The notes below the pieces were generated by a model, which saw only the letters and a list, made by a program, of their open reading frames with translations, was not told where the DNA came from and ran no database searches. A stretch of 64,000 bases of DNA, taken from assembly GCF_030684315.1 (NCBI RefSeq), contig NC_081363.1, positions 15,998,116 to 16,062,115 of the forward strand, written 5' to 3'. Below are positions 47,530 to 60,600 of this stretch, piece after piece. Positions within the stretch are counted from its first letter, which is position 1. Each line of letters begins with the position of its first letter. Both the position numbers and the translations under genes were made by a program. Origin of the DNA: Stegostoma tigrinum. Lineage: Eukaryota.

Positions 47530-48312
47530 TATGATTGACAGGGATGGGGGCGGGTTTAACATGTGATTGACAAGGTGGCGCGGAGCAGGACGTGACAGGC
47601 AGAGTCGGGACAGGGCGGGATGTGATTGATTGATGGGAAAGGGGCGGGCTTCACGCGTGACCGAGCAGAACGGAGCGGGGTGAGATGTGATTGGCAGGGA
47701 GGTGCCGGAAGCGAGTTGATCGGCAGGGAGTGGGCGGGGCGGGGATGCAGTCGGCATGGAGGGGGCGGTGCGTGATTTGATTGGGAATTGGGTGAGCGGG
47801 GCGGGCATGTGATTGACAGTAAAATGAGGCGTGTGCGAACTGTGATTGGCAGGCGGGGAGAGGATGTGAATTACAAGTAGGGGGCGGGAAGAGATTTGAT
47901 TGGCAAGGTTAGGGCGGGGCGGCACGTAATTGGCACAAGGCGGTGGGGGTAGGGACGTGATTTGCACGTGAACACGACAGGCCAAGCAGCATCTTAGGAG
48001 CACAAAAGCTGACATTTCGGGCCTCGACCCTTCATCAGAAAACTGATTTGCACATGGGGATGGGGCGAGATTTGATTGGCAAGGTATGGGCGGGGCGTGG
48101 ATGCGATTGGCAGGAAGACGGCGGGGGCGAGACAGACTGTGATTGGCAGGATGTGGGCGGGGCGTGGGTGTGATTGGCAGGAAGCTGGCAGGGGCGGGGC
48201 GAGGTGTGATTGGCAAGGTGTGGGCGGGGCGTGGAAGCGATTGGCAGGAACACGGCGGGGGCGGGACAGAATGTGATTGGCAAGGTGTGGGCGGGGCGGG
48301 GATGTGATTGGT
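47530..48312. promoter_or_regulatory. NPC2-B promoter: tandem array of ~24 CCAAT/TALE-box + GC-box units (30-36 bp)
   Basis: Unit approximately TGTGATTGGCARGNNNNGGGCGGGGCG; CpG-rich; ends about 235 bp upstream of the NPC2-B ATG. Confidence 0.85.
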
Positions 48313-48547
48313 TGGAAGTAGCGGCCCGGAAACATGTTGAAGTGAGAGCGGGAAGTGGTGTGGGCCCGCGCCCGGCGCTGCTGACGCCGAACGGGCGGGG
48401 TTTGGTGGTGTCGGTGTTGTAGCTGTACCAATCCTGCGGAGCTGCTGAAGTGAATCCTGTGGACAGGGCCCCGGAAGGCCTTCCGGCAGAGTTTATCAAA
48501 CCACACCCACAGTAGGCTGTCCTTTTAACTCTCCTGGCCTTGGCGCT

Positions 48548-48632
48548 ATGGAGGTTCTGTGTCGCCTGTTGGTCGCTCTCCTGTCCCTGGGGGCCCTGTG
48601 TGGGGCTGAGCCTGTGAAGTTCGTGGAGTGCG
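48548..48632 (+). CDS. NPC2: NPC2-B exon 1 (MEVLCRLL...EPVKFVEC)
   Basis: GCTATGG start context, G|GTGAGT donor, 85 nt, signal peptide. Confidence 0.93.
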
Positions 48633-51600
48633 GTGAGTGACGAGGGGCAGAGGAACAGGGCTTTGTGTGTTCAAGAGGTTCAATTCCTTTATCTTCCCTA
48701 ATATCTGCTGTTAAAACCCCTCACTGATTCAGTTATACAAAACTCCACACCCTGCTGCAACTTTTTTAATGCACTTCTGCCTCTTTTAAGTAAATTTCAA
48801 TGATACAAAACATTGAGGTATCTAATAAGCAGTTCCACTGTAACGTAATGGAATTTAAGAGAACTATTTGGCTGCCTCCACTGTTTGTCAAGATATTGTA
48901 TTGAAGATAGTTAGTTGTGGTGTGACTAATGTTCATGCTGCAATGTTTTTCAAAAGCATGTGATCCTTTTGAACGGTAGACAAGTAGGAGGCTGGAAGCT
49001 GGACTGAAGAAGGGTAATTCCAAAATGTTGACTTCTACTTTCCTCCGGACGCTGCCCTGCTTGCTGTGTTCTTCCAGCTTCCTGTTTGTCTCCCTTCCAA
49101 AGGATCACACGCTTTTAAAAAGTGATACAGTATGAAGACAGTCAATTCTCGGAGCAAGTAAGATGAACTGACACTTGATGTAATCACAGTCCACACCAAC
49201 ATTAGCTACATCACAGTCAGCAGTTTTCTTTTGTCTCTGATCCTTTGAAAGATATTTCCAGGTGATGGTGCCAACTAAGTGCTCTCTGAGTAACTTCAAT
49301 TTTCTCTCGAGTTTAGCCAACTGAATAAACTCTGGAAAGTTTGAACATGAATTATAAGGAATAGCTAGACTGTCAAAACTTGACATTTTGCTTAAAGCTG
49401 TTTTACATTCTGTGGGCAGACAACAAAGTTACCCAGAGTTTCCTGCAGTGAAAGAGAATTTCAACCTGACTCCCCCCTATTGTTAAACTTCTGCATGGAC
49501 ATCTCAAGTTGTAAATTTAATGCTCATCTTGCCCTCTGTGCTCGTTTTGCAACCATGGCCTTGTATTCTTCTGAGGAAGGGCCATCAGACTTGATACATT
49601 AACTTTTTTTTCCTTCTCCATTGCTCCCAGACCTGCTGAGCTTTTCCAGTAACTTTCTTTTTGTTCCTGATTTACAGCACCTGCAGTTCTTTCCATTATT
49701 ACAATGTATTCTTTGCTCTGCTCTGTTATGCTAATGCATCTTGTATAGTATAGTCTGGCTGTGCTGCACTCGAAACAAATCTTTTCACTATCTAGGTATG
49801 TGATAACAATAAGTCAAGTCCTTTAGTCTCCACACTGCTAAAGCTATTGATTAAATTCACTTTATTACTTTTACACTTGAATACTATCACTTTATGGGAC
49901 GAATTTATTCCATTGCTTATCTCGTGAGGAAAAAGTGACTTTACCTATAAAAGTCCACAATCAACCTGATAACAGCACTGTTGCTTTGGATCCATTCTAG
50001 AACTTTTCTGCTGATAGCTTCTCTGATCCTTACGGTGAAGTATTTACAAGGTTTTGCGTTGTACAGATGGGAGCTGTTGGATTAAATGTTAAACGAAGGT
50101 GGATGTCGAAGATTTTGTGACATAACTTGAAAGGGGCAGGCAGTTACATAGCATATACATCATGAAAAACTGTCACTTTTGTCCAATGGCGGTGTTTGTT
50201 CTCCACTTTACTGACTCAACCCCAATGACTTCTATTCTCTCAACTGCACCAGTGCAATTTCTCCAACAGCTCCTTGCGGTAGCAAGTTGAGTGAGTTATT
50301 TGTGACACATCTAGGATACAGTGAAGTGTTTTACCGCCACAATCCAGCATCATTGCGTTCCAAAAAGAATGGAAAGAAATTACATAAGTAGTTAATTTTC
50401 TGTACAAGGGGTCTTCAGATACTGTTCTGCAATGTGTCCCAAGAGTTCCCACTTCGGGTACAGGAAGCAATGACCTGTCAAGAGCCCATGTTTCAGGCCT
50501 ACCACAGCCAGGGCATCCTGCATCAGACACCATCACCACAGCCAAAGACCTGCTGAGCCCAGACTTGGGGCCTACTGCAGCCAGGACTCTTTGTTTCAGG
50601 CAACACCACCACTACCTGCTGCAGTTGACATCCTGCCAACACCACCACTCCTGACTTTCCTGTGACGCCAGAAGATGAAGAAAAGGTGGTGGGCGGGGGG
50701 TTAGGGAGGAGGGAAAGAAGGAAGGAAGGATATGGCTGGCCTGGAGCAGACAGGCTCAGGAGCTGTTACCATGCCGGCACTGCCATATTGACGTCTTTTC
50801 TTCGTTATTCTCCCCATTCTTGGGCTAACACAATTTCTGATTTCAGTCCTTGATTTACAGACTGTTTGTTTATTTTGGCTTCTGATTTTGCTGCATGCTC
50901 TTTATAATCTTCCATGACTTTAACAAACTCTATTAGGTCACTCCTTTCAATCCGATCACTCCTGACATTATCTGAATCTTCTGTTATCTGGGCAATATTC
51001 ACTAGTTGGAGAAAAATGCCAAAATAGATTATTTTCAAGCAAAACAGGAAACAAAAATGGACTTTTTTGATTGGAGAAAAGGAGGAGGAGAGGGGACCTA
51101 ATTGAGGTATACAAGATAATGAGAGGCAGAGATAGTTGATAGCCAGAGACTATTTCCCAGGGCAGAAATGGCTAACACGAGGGGTCATAGTTTTAAGCTG
51201 GTTGGAGGAAAGTATAGAGGGGATATCAGAGGTGGGTTCTTTACACAGTTGAGAGAGCATGGAATGCGTTGAGCAGTTGTGGAAGCAAGGTCATTGGGGT
51301 CATTTAGGAGACTGCTGGACATGCATATGGTCACAGAAATTTGAGGGTGCATACATGAGGATCAATGGTCGGCACAACATCGTGGGCTGAAGGGCCTGTT
51401 CTGTGCTGTACTGTTCTATGTTCTATGTTTCAGGCTTGTCTCTTCCTTGGGATTGGAAGGAAGACTGACAGAACTGAGACACCTTGAGAACTCGTCAGAC
51501 TTGGTGTGTTAACTGACTTTTGTCTGTCCATAGATACTGCCCAACTTGAATGTTTCCAACTTTTCAGTTTTTGTTTTCAGATGTCTGTTGTTTGTCTTTA

Positions 51601-54600
51601 TTTGTTGTTTGTGAAACATGGTGTGAAATTTACCTGCTTCACTTCAAGCATGTAATGACAACACTTGACAAACAAGCCATTTAAATGGAAGTACTTCTTG
51701 TGCTTTTGTCATTTACAGAAAGTGTAGTCACATCAGTGTTTGTGTGCATTTGCTTATTGCACAGTTGTCTTTGTTATACACTTACTGTTAATTTGGGTTT
51801 GCTATAATATATTGTACAAAGTTTCAAACTTGCAAAAGTGAGATGAATCAGCCATGCAAGTGGAATCCAATTCTTTTTGTGGTCTTGTTTTAGTTTCTCT
51901 TCCTTATTTCTCTCTGTTCTCACTTTCTGGGCAGAATAGTGCACTGTACACTTGCCATGTATTTGTTGTTATAATGTGGACTATAGTAATGTAAAACTTC
52001 CTCAGGTGATTTTGAACTGTAAAGTATGCGTTTCTGTGCTTTTCTGTGATGCCAATCTGCTGAGGGAAGCAACTAAGGAAGATTGTTTTTTGACATCAGA
52101 CAAACTCCAGAAGACTTTCGTAATGGTGATAAGTTACATTTTGCTTCTAACAGCTTTCTGTCACCAAGGTGTCCTTGATTCTAAAGAAGCCATCCAATTA
52201 TCTTTAAAGTACAACAAATTTGTATATGATGTGTGTTTGGAAGGTGGTGATCATTCTATTTGTGGGCAGCATGGTGGCTCATTGGTTAGCACCAGGGACC
52301 CAGGTATGCTTCCAGCCTCAGGCAACTATCTGTGTGGAGTTTGCACATTCTGCCTGTGTCTGTGTGGGTTTCCTCCAGGTGCTGCAGTTTCCTCCCGAAG
52401 TCCGAAGATGTGCAGGTTAGGTGGATTGCCCATAGTGTCCAGAGGCATGCAGGCTAGACAGATTGACCATGCGAAATGCGAGGTTGCAGGAATAGGGTAG
52501 GAGGGTGGGTCAGGGGGGAGTGGGGGCGGGGTGCGGTGGCGGGGTGCACTGTGCTTTTTGGAGGGTCGGTGTGGACTCAATGGACTGAATGACCTGCTTC
52601 ACGCTAGGGATTCTGATTCTATTTCAAACCATCCGGCACTCTGCCTGGAGCTACTTGTTAATGTCATCAGTTTCTATTATTTTCTTTATTCAACACAGCC
52701 CCCTTTTTCACCTTGGTCATCATGTTGATTGGGACCACTTAGCTTATCCTCGACCCTAAGCACCCCTCACCTACAGCACTGCAGGCATTTCAGACTTCCT
52801 GATCTTCTCGTAGATCAACGTTTTCTGACTCAAATCACGAGTTAGTTTCCGGCACTGCTAAAGTCACAAGTTTATTTTTAGACAATGCAGATAAGTGTTT
52901 CACATGTATATTTACTTAAACCTACTGTTATATGGCACCGAACTTTGTGCTGTTCCTCTTCGTTTTAGATGAGCTTGTGAAAATACCATGTACTGATGTT
53001 TAATGGAGCTTCAGTGCTTTGGTTTAGAAGTTATAAGAGGTACTTTTACTTTGTCTGCTGAGAATATTGATTGGGACCATCCACAATATGGTTGGCTGCT
53101 GTTTGCCTGTTGCTGTGATGCTCTTCATTGGAATTACTTAATGTCGATTAGACTTATTAGCCTTCTATTGACCTGGATGAGTATTCTAGCTGGATTAGTT
53201 AACTCTGAGCAACGTCACAATTGGTGAGCCAATGGATGTTGAGAATTTCATGGTTTCACAGTCACCTTTTATTGACAATACCTTTTTTATTTCATTTCCT
53301 CTTTGTACTCAATTCAATTTCTAGGACAACGATGGTGTAATTTGAATTTACACTATCTGCATTATTAATCTGGGTAACTGGTGAAAAGCAGGTATTGTTC
53401 TAATCTCTGCAATTAGTCACATCTCCATTCTTGAACTAACTAGCTACTGGCTTGTCATTATTCAGATGTACATCTGTAATGTTAGTGTGGAATCATCAGC
53501 AAACAATGTTTGGCACCATTCGGTGTCCAAGGAGTCAAATGCTGACAGTCCATTGTCTAGCAAGACTTGGACAACATGCAGCCAGGGCTGATAAGTGGCA
53601 AATAATGTTTGGGAGACACAGTTGCCAGGCAACTACCATCTGCAACAAGAGAATCTATACATCTTCTACTGACAATAATGCCGTTTATATCAGATTTCTG
53701 GGATTTAACCTCGACCAGAAGCTGAACTGAACTAGCTAGATAAATTGGCTACAACAGCAAGTCAGAGGCTAGGAATCCTGCAATGAATAACTCTTCCCTT
53801 GATTGCCATAAACCTTTCCAATATCTATATGACACAAGAGTGGGTTGAATACTCTTCACTTGCCTGTATGAGTCCAACTGCAACAATGTCCAGGATAAAG
53901 TCATGTTTGGCACCCCACCTTCAACATTCCCACCTCTACCTCCTGTGTTGGCAATATGTATGAGCTATAATACGTACTACCATGACTCAGAGCCTCCTCC
54001 AACAGCACCTTCCAAACTCAAGACCTCTAGAACCACCTAGAAGAGCTTTTTAATTTAAGTGCTTTAGTCTATTTTTAATCAACCAATTATTTTACTTGTC
54101 ACCCTGAGCTGCAGTTCATAACTTTAAATTTCTTCTGCTTCGAGGATAACTTTCTAGCTTTTGTGGTTGCATTTTCCTGTTACCAGCTACTTTTATGCCT
54201 GGAATTGTTGATAATGTTGATCTCCTCCAAATGACCCCAGACTGTTGAAACCAACCTAGGCTCTGATGCTGTGGCATGTTGGTTTACGCTGTGGTTGTCA
54301 TTTGTGCTAAACATTGCTCAAGATCCCCAGTAGGGATCAAAACAGTAATTTTGATTGTATTCCTGCAATATATTAGTTTCTAATTCAACTTTAAGTACAG
54401 CTGTCTGTTGTGTTTCTTGCCACACTACAGTGGTTCTTCAGAATCCTTTGGCTTTGCATAGCATGCAAGTCAGGTTTATGTGCAACTGGGTGTGGTTAAC
54501 AGGATGGCTTTTTTCTAAATAAAAACTACAGATGCTGTAAAACAGTTCTGAGGAACGGTCACCGGACCCAAAACGCTGACTCTGTTTTCTCCTTCACAGA

Positions 54601-57600
54601 TGCTGCCAGATCTCTTGAGCTTTTTCAGCAACTTTGTTTTTGTGGCTTATCTCTAAACTGTGAAACTGCCCTAGGTTGAATAGATTTCTAAGACTCATCC
54701 ACAGTTTCCAAAGTTAATCAGGAATATCATAGTTTTTTTATAATATGAAGAGTCAGCATGCCCATTTATGCGGTGAACTATCAATGTCCTGAACCTCTAG
54801 CAGTGGCATTATGTTATAAATACATTGTTCTTTTGCAATGAGGGTAACATTGCTTTCCTTAACATACTCGGTTCCTAAGTTTGCTGACTTTACTACTTTT
54901 ATACCTCATCTGCAAATGTCCCCAAAGGGTTGTCTTTGGTTACTTCACCTCAAAATCGTCACACTGAGCATCACTCACCTCACCTATGTCTATAATAGTT
55001 TGTGTTTTCTGTGCAAGGTTATGATAAAGTAGTTTAGAACCCAGTTACTGTTTAATATTTCCACATGGCAATTTCATGTGTTGTGAAACTGCTATTATGA
55101 AAACAGTCATGCGATTAATCAGTAATCGTGTTGCTGCAGATTACATGGAAAAAAATAACTTAAAATCTTTCATTCTAGATGTAATCTCTTGCTTTGAATA
55201 ATTTTCTGTTACATCACTGCATGTAGTTTATCCATCCAATGCATCCAACTTCTGTTAATTGCCTGTGTGTCTACCTGAGATAAGTGGTATTAACTTTCCG
55301 TTGTTATTACAGAGTCTACAGCAGAGCAAATCGTAGTGGATATCACTCCCTGCCCTCTTCAACCATGTCAACTTCGCAGAGGGCACATGTACAGTGTGAA
55401 TGTCACCTTCACTAGCAGTAAGTGAAATGATAAAAACAAATCTGGATTTGAAAGGAAACTTTTACATTGAATTCACCTGACGTATTATCCTAATCAGTGG
55501 GGCCTAGCCTCACTATATACGTTATTATGTATGTAAGCACCTCTCAAACATGAGTTAACAGCTTACACTTACACAGTAAGAAGGTAAAACGTAATTGACC
55601 TCCTTACCAGCCTGCTGGCTCCAGGGACACTGGACACTGCAAAGGCCACGGGCCCTGATGACATTCCAGCAATAGTACTGAAGATTTGTGCTCCAGAACC
55701 TGTTGGTCCCCTAGCCAAACTGTCTAGTACAGTTATAATACTGGTATCTATCCAGCAATGGGGAAAATTGCCCAAGTATGTCCTGTACATACACAGCAGG
55801 ACAAATCCAACCCAGCCAATTACCTCCCATCAGTCTACTCTCCATCAGTAAAGTGATGGAAGCTGTCATCAACAGTACTATCAAGCAGCACCTGCGCAGT
55901 GGTCCCTAGTGTGGTGAATACTCTCCATTTGCTAGGATGCGTGCAGCTCCAACAACACTCAAGCTTGACATCTAGGACAAAGCAGCCAGCTTGACTGGCA
56001 GCATATCCACAAGCATTCACTCTATTTCCCCCCCCCCCCCCCAACCCGAAGTAGCAGCAGTGCATACTGTCTATAAGATGCACTGCAGAAATTCACCAAA
56101 GGTCCTCAAACAGCACCTTCTAAACCCATGACTACTTCTATCTAGAAGGACAAGGGTAGCAGATACATGTGAATACCACCATCTTCAACTTCCCCTCCAA
56201 GCCACTCACCATCCTGACTTGGAAGTACGTCCCTGCTCTTTCAGTCACACGGCCAAAATCCTGGAATTCCTTCCCTAATGGCATTGTGGGTCAACTCACA
56301 GTAGGTGGCCTGCAACAGTTCAAGAATGCAGCTCACCACCACGGGCCCAGCTAGTGACATCCACATCTCATTCCTAGTTCTTACGGTCTTGTGAAAATAC
56401 TTAATGACCCAGCCTCGGCAATGGCCTGTCTTAAAGAATTCCACAGATTCACTACACTTTGTGAAAAGAAATTCTTTCTTATCTCTATCTTAACAGATCA
56501 ACCTCTTACTCTGAGATTATGCCCCCAGGTCCTGCACTTACCCATTGTGGGGAAGCAGCCCCTCTGTGCCTGCTCTATCAATTCCCTGGGAATCTTTTGT
56601 GATTTAATAAGGTCTCCAATGAAAGTAGGCTCAACCTCTCCTAATAAGACAATCCTCCCACGTGCAGGATCAACTAGGTGAACCTTCTCTGGACTGCCTG
56701 CAATGACAGTTCGATCTTTCTCACTTAAGGGGGAAATGTTGTTTCTGATGTTTCAAGCGTGCAGTAAAAATTTACAGGAATGTTGCTGGGACGAGTGGGT
56801 TTGGGTTGTCAGGAGAGGCTTTTTACCACTTGGAGACTCTGAGGCTGAAGGGTGGCCTTGTAGAAGTTTTATAAAATTATGAGGAGCGTAGGTAAGTTGA
56901 ATAGTTATGGTCTTTTTCCCAAGGCAGGGGAGTCTAAAACTAGATGGCACTGTTTTAAGTTGAGTAATCTGAACCCCTACAAGGCACCAGATAGACCGTA
57001 CTTGTAGAGTCATATGTTAACGAAATAGACCCTGGTTTGTCCAACTCGTCCACGTGGATCAGGTTTCCTAAACTGAACTAGTCCCAATTGGCCCATGTCC
57101 CTCTTAAACCCTTCCTATTGATATACCAATCCAGAAACACTTTAAATGTTGTAATCGCACCAGTCCCCATCACTTCCTGTGGAGCTTGTTCCATGCACGC
57201 ACTACCCTCTGTGTGAAAATTTGCCCCTTAGGCCCCTTTTAAATCTTTCTTCTCTTTAAACCTATGGCCTCTAGTTTTGGACTTCCGTACCCTGGAGAAA
57301 AAGGCCTTGGCTATTCGCTGTATCCAAGTCCCTCGTTGATGTATAATGTGAATAGTTGCGAACACAGTGATGATCTCTAGAGTACCTCAGGTTGGTGGCT
57401 GCCATTGTGAAAAAGAACTCTTTATCCCCATGCTCTTTTTTTTTGTCAGTCAGACAATCTTCTGTCCCTGCTGACACCTTGCCTGTGATTTTTTTTTAAT
57501 GTCAGTGGTGTCCCACACTTAAGTCTTTTGTTTGTCATGAAGCTTTGTAAATAATTAATTGGACTGTGATTACATTCAACCTTTTACTCTCTGCAGCATT

Positions 57601-60600
57601 ACCCTTAACAATCTGTGGGAGTTTTTGAAAGTCACGTTCGGACACTAATTGTGGATTTTAGGATAAAACAGAAATATCTGCCCAGAAGATCAGAATGTAA
57701 AAGTTTTGGAAAAGACTGAAAGCAAATTATTGCATTGTCTCATGTGATCATCCACACTTTCATTTTATATAATTAAAGAAACTTTTGCTACCTATATTGA
57801 TAATAGTTGCAAGCGTACCCTCAAGTTTGTTTCCTCCCATTTGGCCATCATTTGTTGACTTTTAAACACTTTCCCAATCATTTACACAATATATGTTTTT
57901 ACTTTCAACTTTACCTTGTCCTTAATTTGCCTGGCTAGCCATGCTTGGCTAAACCATTTCCTAGTATCTTCCTCTCTCGTTGGGATATATCCATGTTTTG
58001 AATCATGAGCTATTTTCTGAAATGTCTGCTCATTCCTTAAGCATCTTTTCTGCTAAACTCTTCTCAGTCCATTCCAGCAAACTCTACCCTCATTCATTTA
58101 TCATTACCCTTATTAAAGCTTAACATTGTTGTTTCAGACTAACGTTTCACCCTGTGAAACTGAATGCTAAATGAAAATCATGAGCTTTGATAATGTGAAC
58201 AGCCAAAGTCTTTTCCTAAGGACAGGAGAGTCTAAAAGTGGAAGGAATAGGCTTAAGGTGACAGGGGAAAGATTGAAAAGGGAACTGAGGGACAACTTTT
58301 TCCAGAGTGTGGTGCGTGTATGCCAGAGGAACTGGTAGAGCTGGGTCCAGTTACAACATTAGAAAACATTTGGACAAGTACATGAAAGGAAGGGTTTAGA
58401 GGGATGTGCTGGCAAATGGGACTAGTTTAGTTTTGGATACCTAGTTGACATTTTAGAGTTGGATTGAAGGCCCTGTTTCCATGCTGTGACTCTAATTGAA
58501 CAGAGGAAACAGATTTACACCTCCATGGTTGGCAAATATCAAACAAATGAGATATTAAAATTTAACATTTTTTAATTTGTTGCAGAGCCAATTCAATACA
58601 GTCTGCTTGATTGACAGATTTAACTGGTTGTAGTTAGTAGCCCCTTGGATAGTATATCTCATTGATAACTTTTGTGTTTCTATTCTAGTAGAGATCTAAA
58701 AAGCCAATTGACCAGCAGAAATTAGGACTCAACAATAAAAACAAACTGAAAGTTTGATCTTGATATCAAGAATCTGGCAGCGCAAGTTCAGTATTTGACA
58801 AAAGGAGTTAATATTAGGGCACAGAAGATATATTGTTAATACCCAAAAGTCAGGTGGTGGAAAGTGGATTATGTAAATAGGTATACATTTTTTTAAAAAG
58901 TTGCAAGAATCCTTTGAAGACCATGAGATCAACAGCAAAAAGAGAAGTAAACTTTGAGAAAATGCTTGATTGTATTTGCAACTTGGAGGAAGCTGTGGAG
59001 GGACACAATTCTTTGAGAACTCCATGCAGTCATTGGAAGTACAGAAATGGAGAAAGTGCTGACGGTGTTTGATATGAATCACCTGAATCAGAAATGTAGT
59101 TTACTGCTAGATTTCGAACCAGAACCGAACTGAACAGTATAATTTAAAGCAGTATGTTTTGATTAAAAAATAATTTGGAAAGATCTTGTTAACACTTCTG
59201 TTATAGCAGATGAACAGATGAGATTGAATATGGAAAAGTTCATGGTCACCATCCTGGAATAATGTTGCAGGGATATGTTGAGCACGATAAAGTCTAATTG
59301 CTCCAAATAATTTTATCAATGCTGTAATCATTGGAACATCGAAACAGAGCATGTTGTGATTTTCCTGCATCAGATTAGTGTGTTTCAATTGTTGCTGTCC
59401 CTGAGGAACTCTCTTTGGCCTCATTTTGACCAGTGCCTTCAGCTCAAGTTGTAGAGATGAGGAAAATAGCCAATTCTGCAATCCAAAGAAAATCAAAAGT
59501 TAATTTCCTAGTAATTTAGGACTAGAATTTAAGGAAAAGGATAAGGAAAAGCTTTGACTTTTAAATGTTGATAGGAAATAGCAAGGAGGAGGTAATTGCT
59601 GCATTGAGTGAGCTGTATAGTTGCATAGCTTAACATGTTGAACTGAATGATGTTTGTGACATCAGTCATCCAGATTCTTTTAGCTATTAAGTACATTTGT
59701 CTTTCTAGCATTAGTTTTAGAAGTACTTCATATTGTGTGGCCTTAGAAATGGGGCTAGACTAGAGGCGAACCAACTGAAGTTTATTCATTTTCACTTATT
59801 GCTAAGTTTTTAATATTTACTTGTAGCTTATTAAAAACTGTAACACTGTTTTGCCTTGGGTATGATTTGGATTGCCATCACCAAAAAAATTTGTACAATT
59901 GTATTGCTATTCTGTCTTGTTCTCTTTAATCCCTAAAGTAGAATTTAATCTCAGCTCTAGTTGACGGCAGAATGCCCCCTTGCTGTGCTGTTGCCAACTG
60001 AAATTTAGTTTCAGGTTGAATTCCAATTGTCACAACACAAATAATGACCAAGATTTGAAAGATATCCATGGTGTCAGGAGATTAGTTCATGGACAGTGGC
60101 AATTCAGCTGTTTATTCTGGTAGAATGCAGCATCTGACTTTTGCTTAAGTGTGAAGTGTTTCTAAACTAACTTCCTTAAATTTTCATTACTGCTGATGTG
60201 TCAATTGAAATGTATTCAAATGCCAGAGTGGATCTGAGTCTTCCTATCTTTTTATGCTTTTATCTCAAACCAAGTGATAGATCTGGAAATTGCAGGCAAG
60301 ATTGTGTATCTTGGATGTAACTTTTTTTCTTGTAATCTGATTTTCAGCAATCTCGAGTAGTACCAGCAAGGCTGAGATTTATGGTATCTTATCTGGAATT
60401 CCAATTCCATTTCATATTCCTAATTCTGATGGTTGTAAATCTGGGATTAAATGCCCCATCCAAAAGAATGCGAGGTACAGCTACGTGACTTCATTACCAG
60501 TAAAAGACGCATACCCAACAGTAAGTGTTTAATGAAGTGTTAAAATGCAGAATAATATCCCTTGTGCTTGATCATTCTGTGGCCTATTTGCTCAGCAAGG

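Noticed and set aside
48090-48250. ER-stress element (CCAAT-N9-CCACG) or exact SRE-1 in the array
   Set aside because: The CGTGG-to-ATTGG spacing is 5 nt, not 9, and only SRE-like near-matches (for example GTGGGTGTGAT) were seen.
47530-48312. CRISPR-like look of the regularly spaced short repeats
   Set aside because: Eukaryotic context; the inter-repeat segments resemble each other (GC boxes) rather than being unique spacers; no cas genes.
47476-48506. Long Pro/Arg-rich ORFs (246, 170 and 154 aa) on the minus strand
   Set aside because: By-products of the GC-rich, stop-poor promoter array plus a pLTR insert; no domain or splice support.
50805-51038. 77-aa minus-strand ORF in NPC2-B intron 1
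   Set aside because: [13 protein letters not shown] resembles the decayed CR1 ORF2 C-terminus (LRGDLIEVFKIM).
52265-52330. tRNA genes at the SINE heads (also 19347, 61040, 3311)
   Set aside because: Degenerate A/B boxes fused to SINE bodies; no complete cloverleaf.
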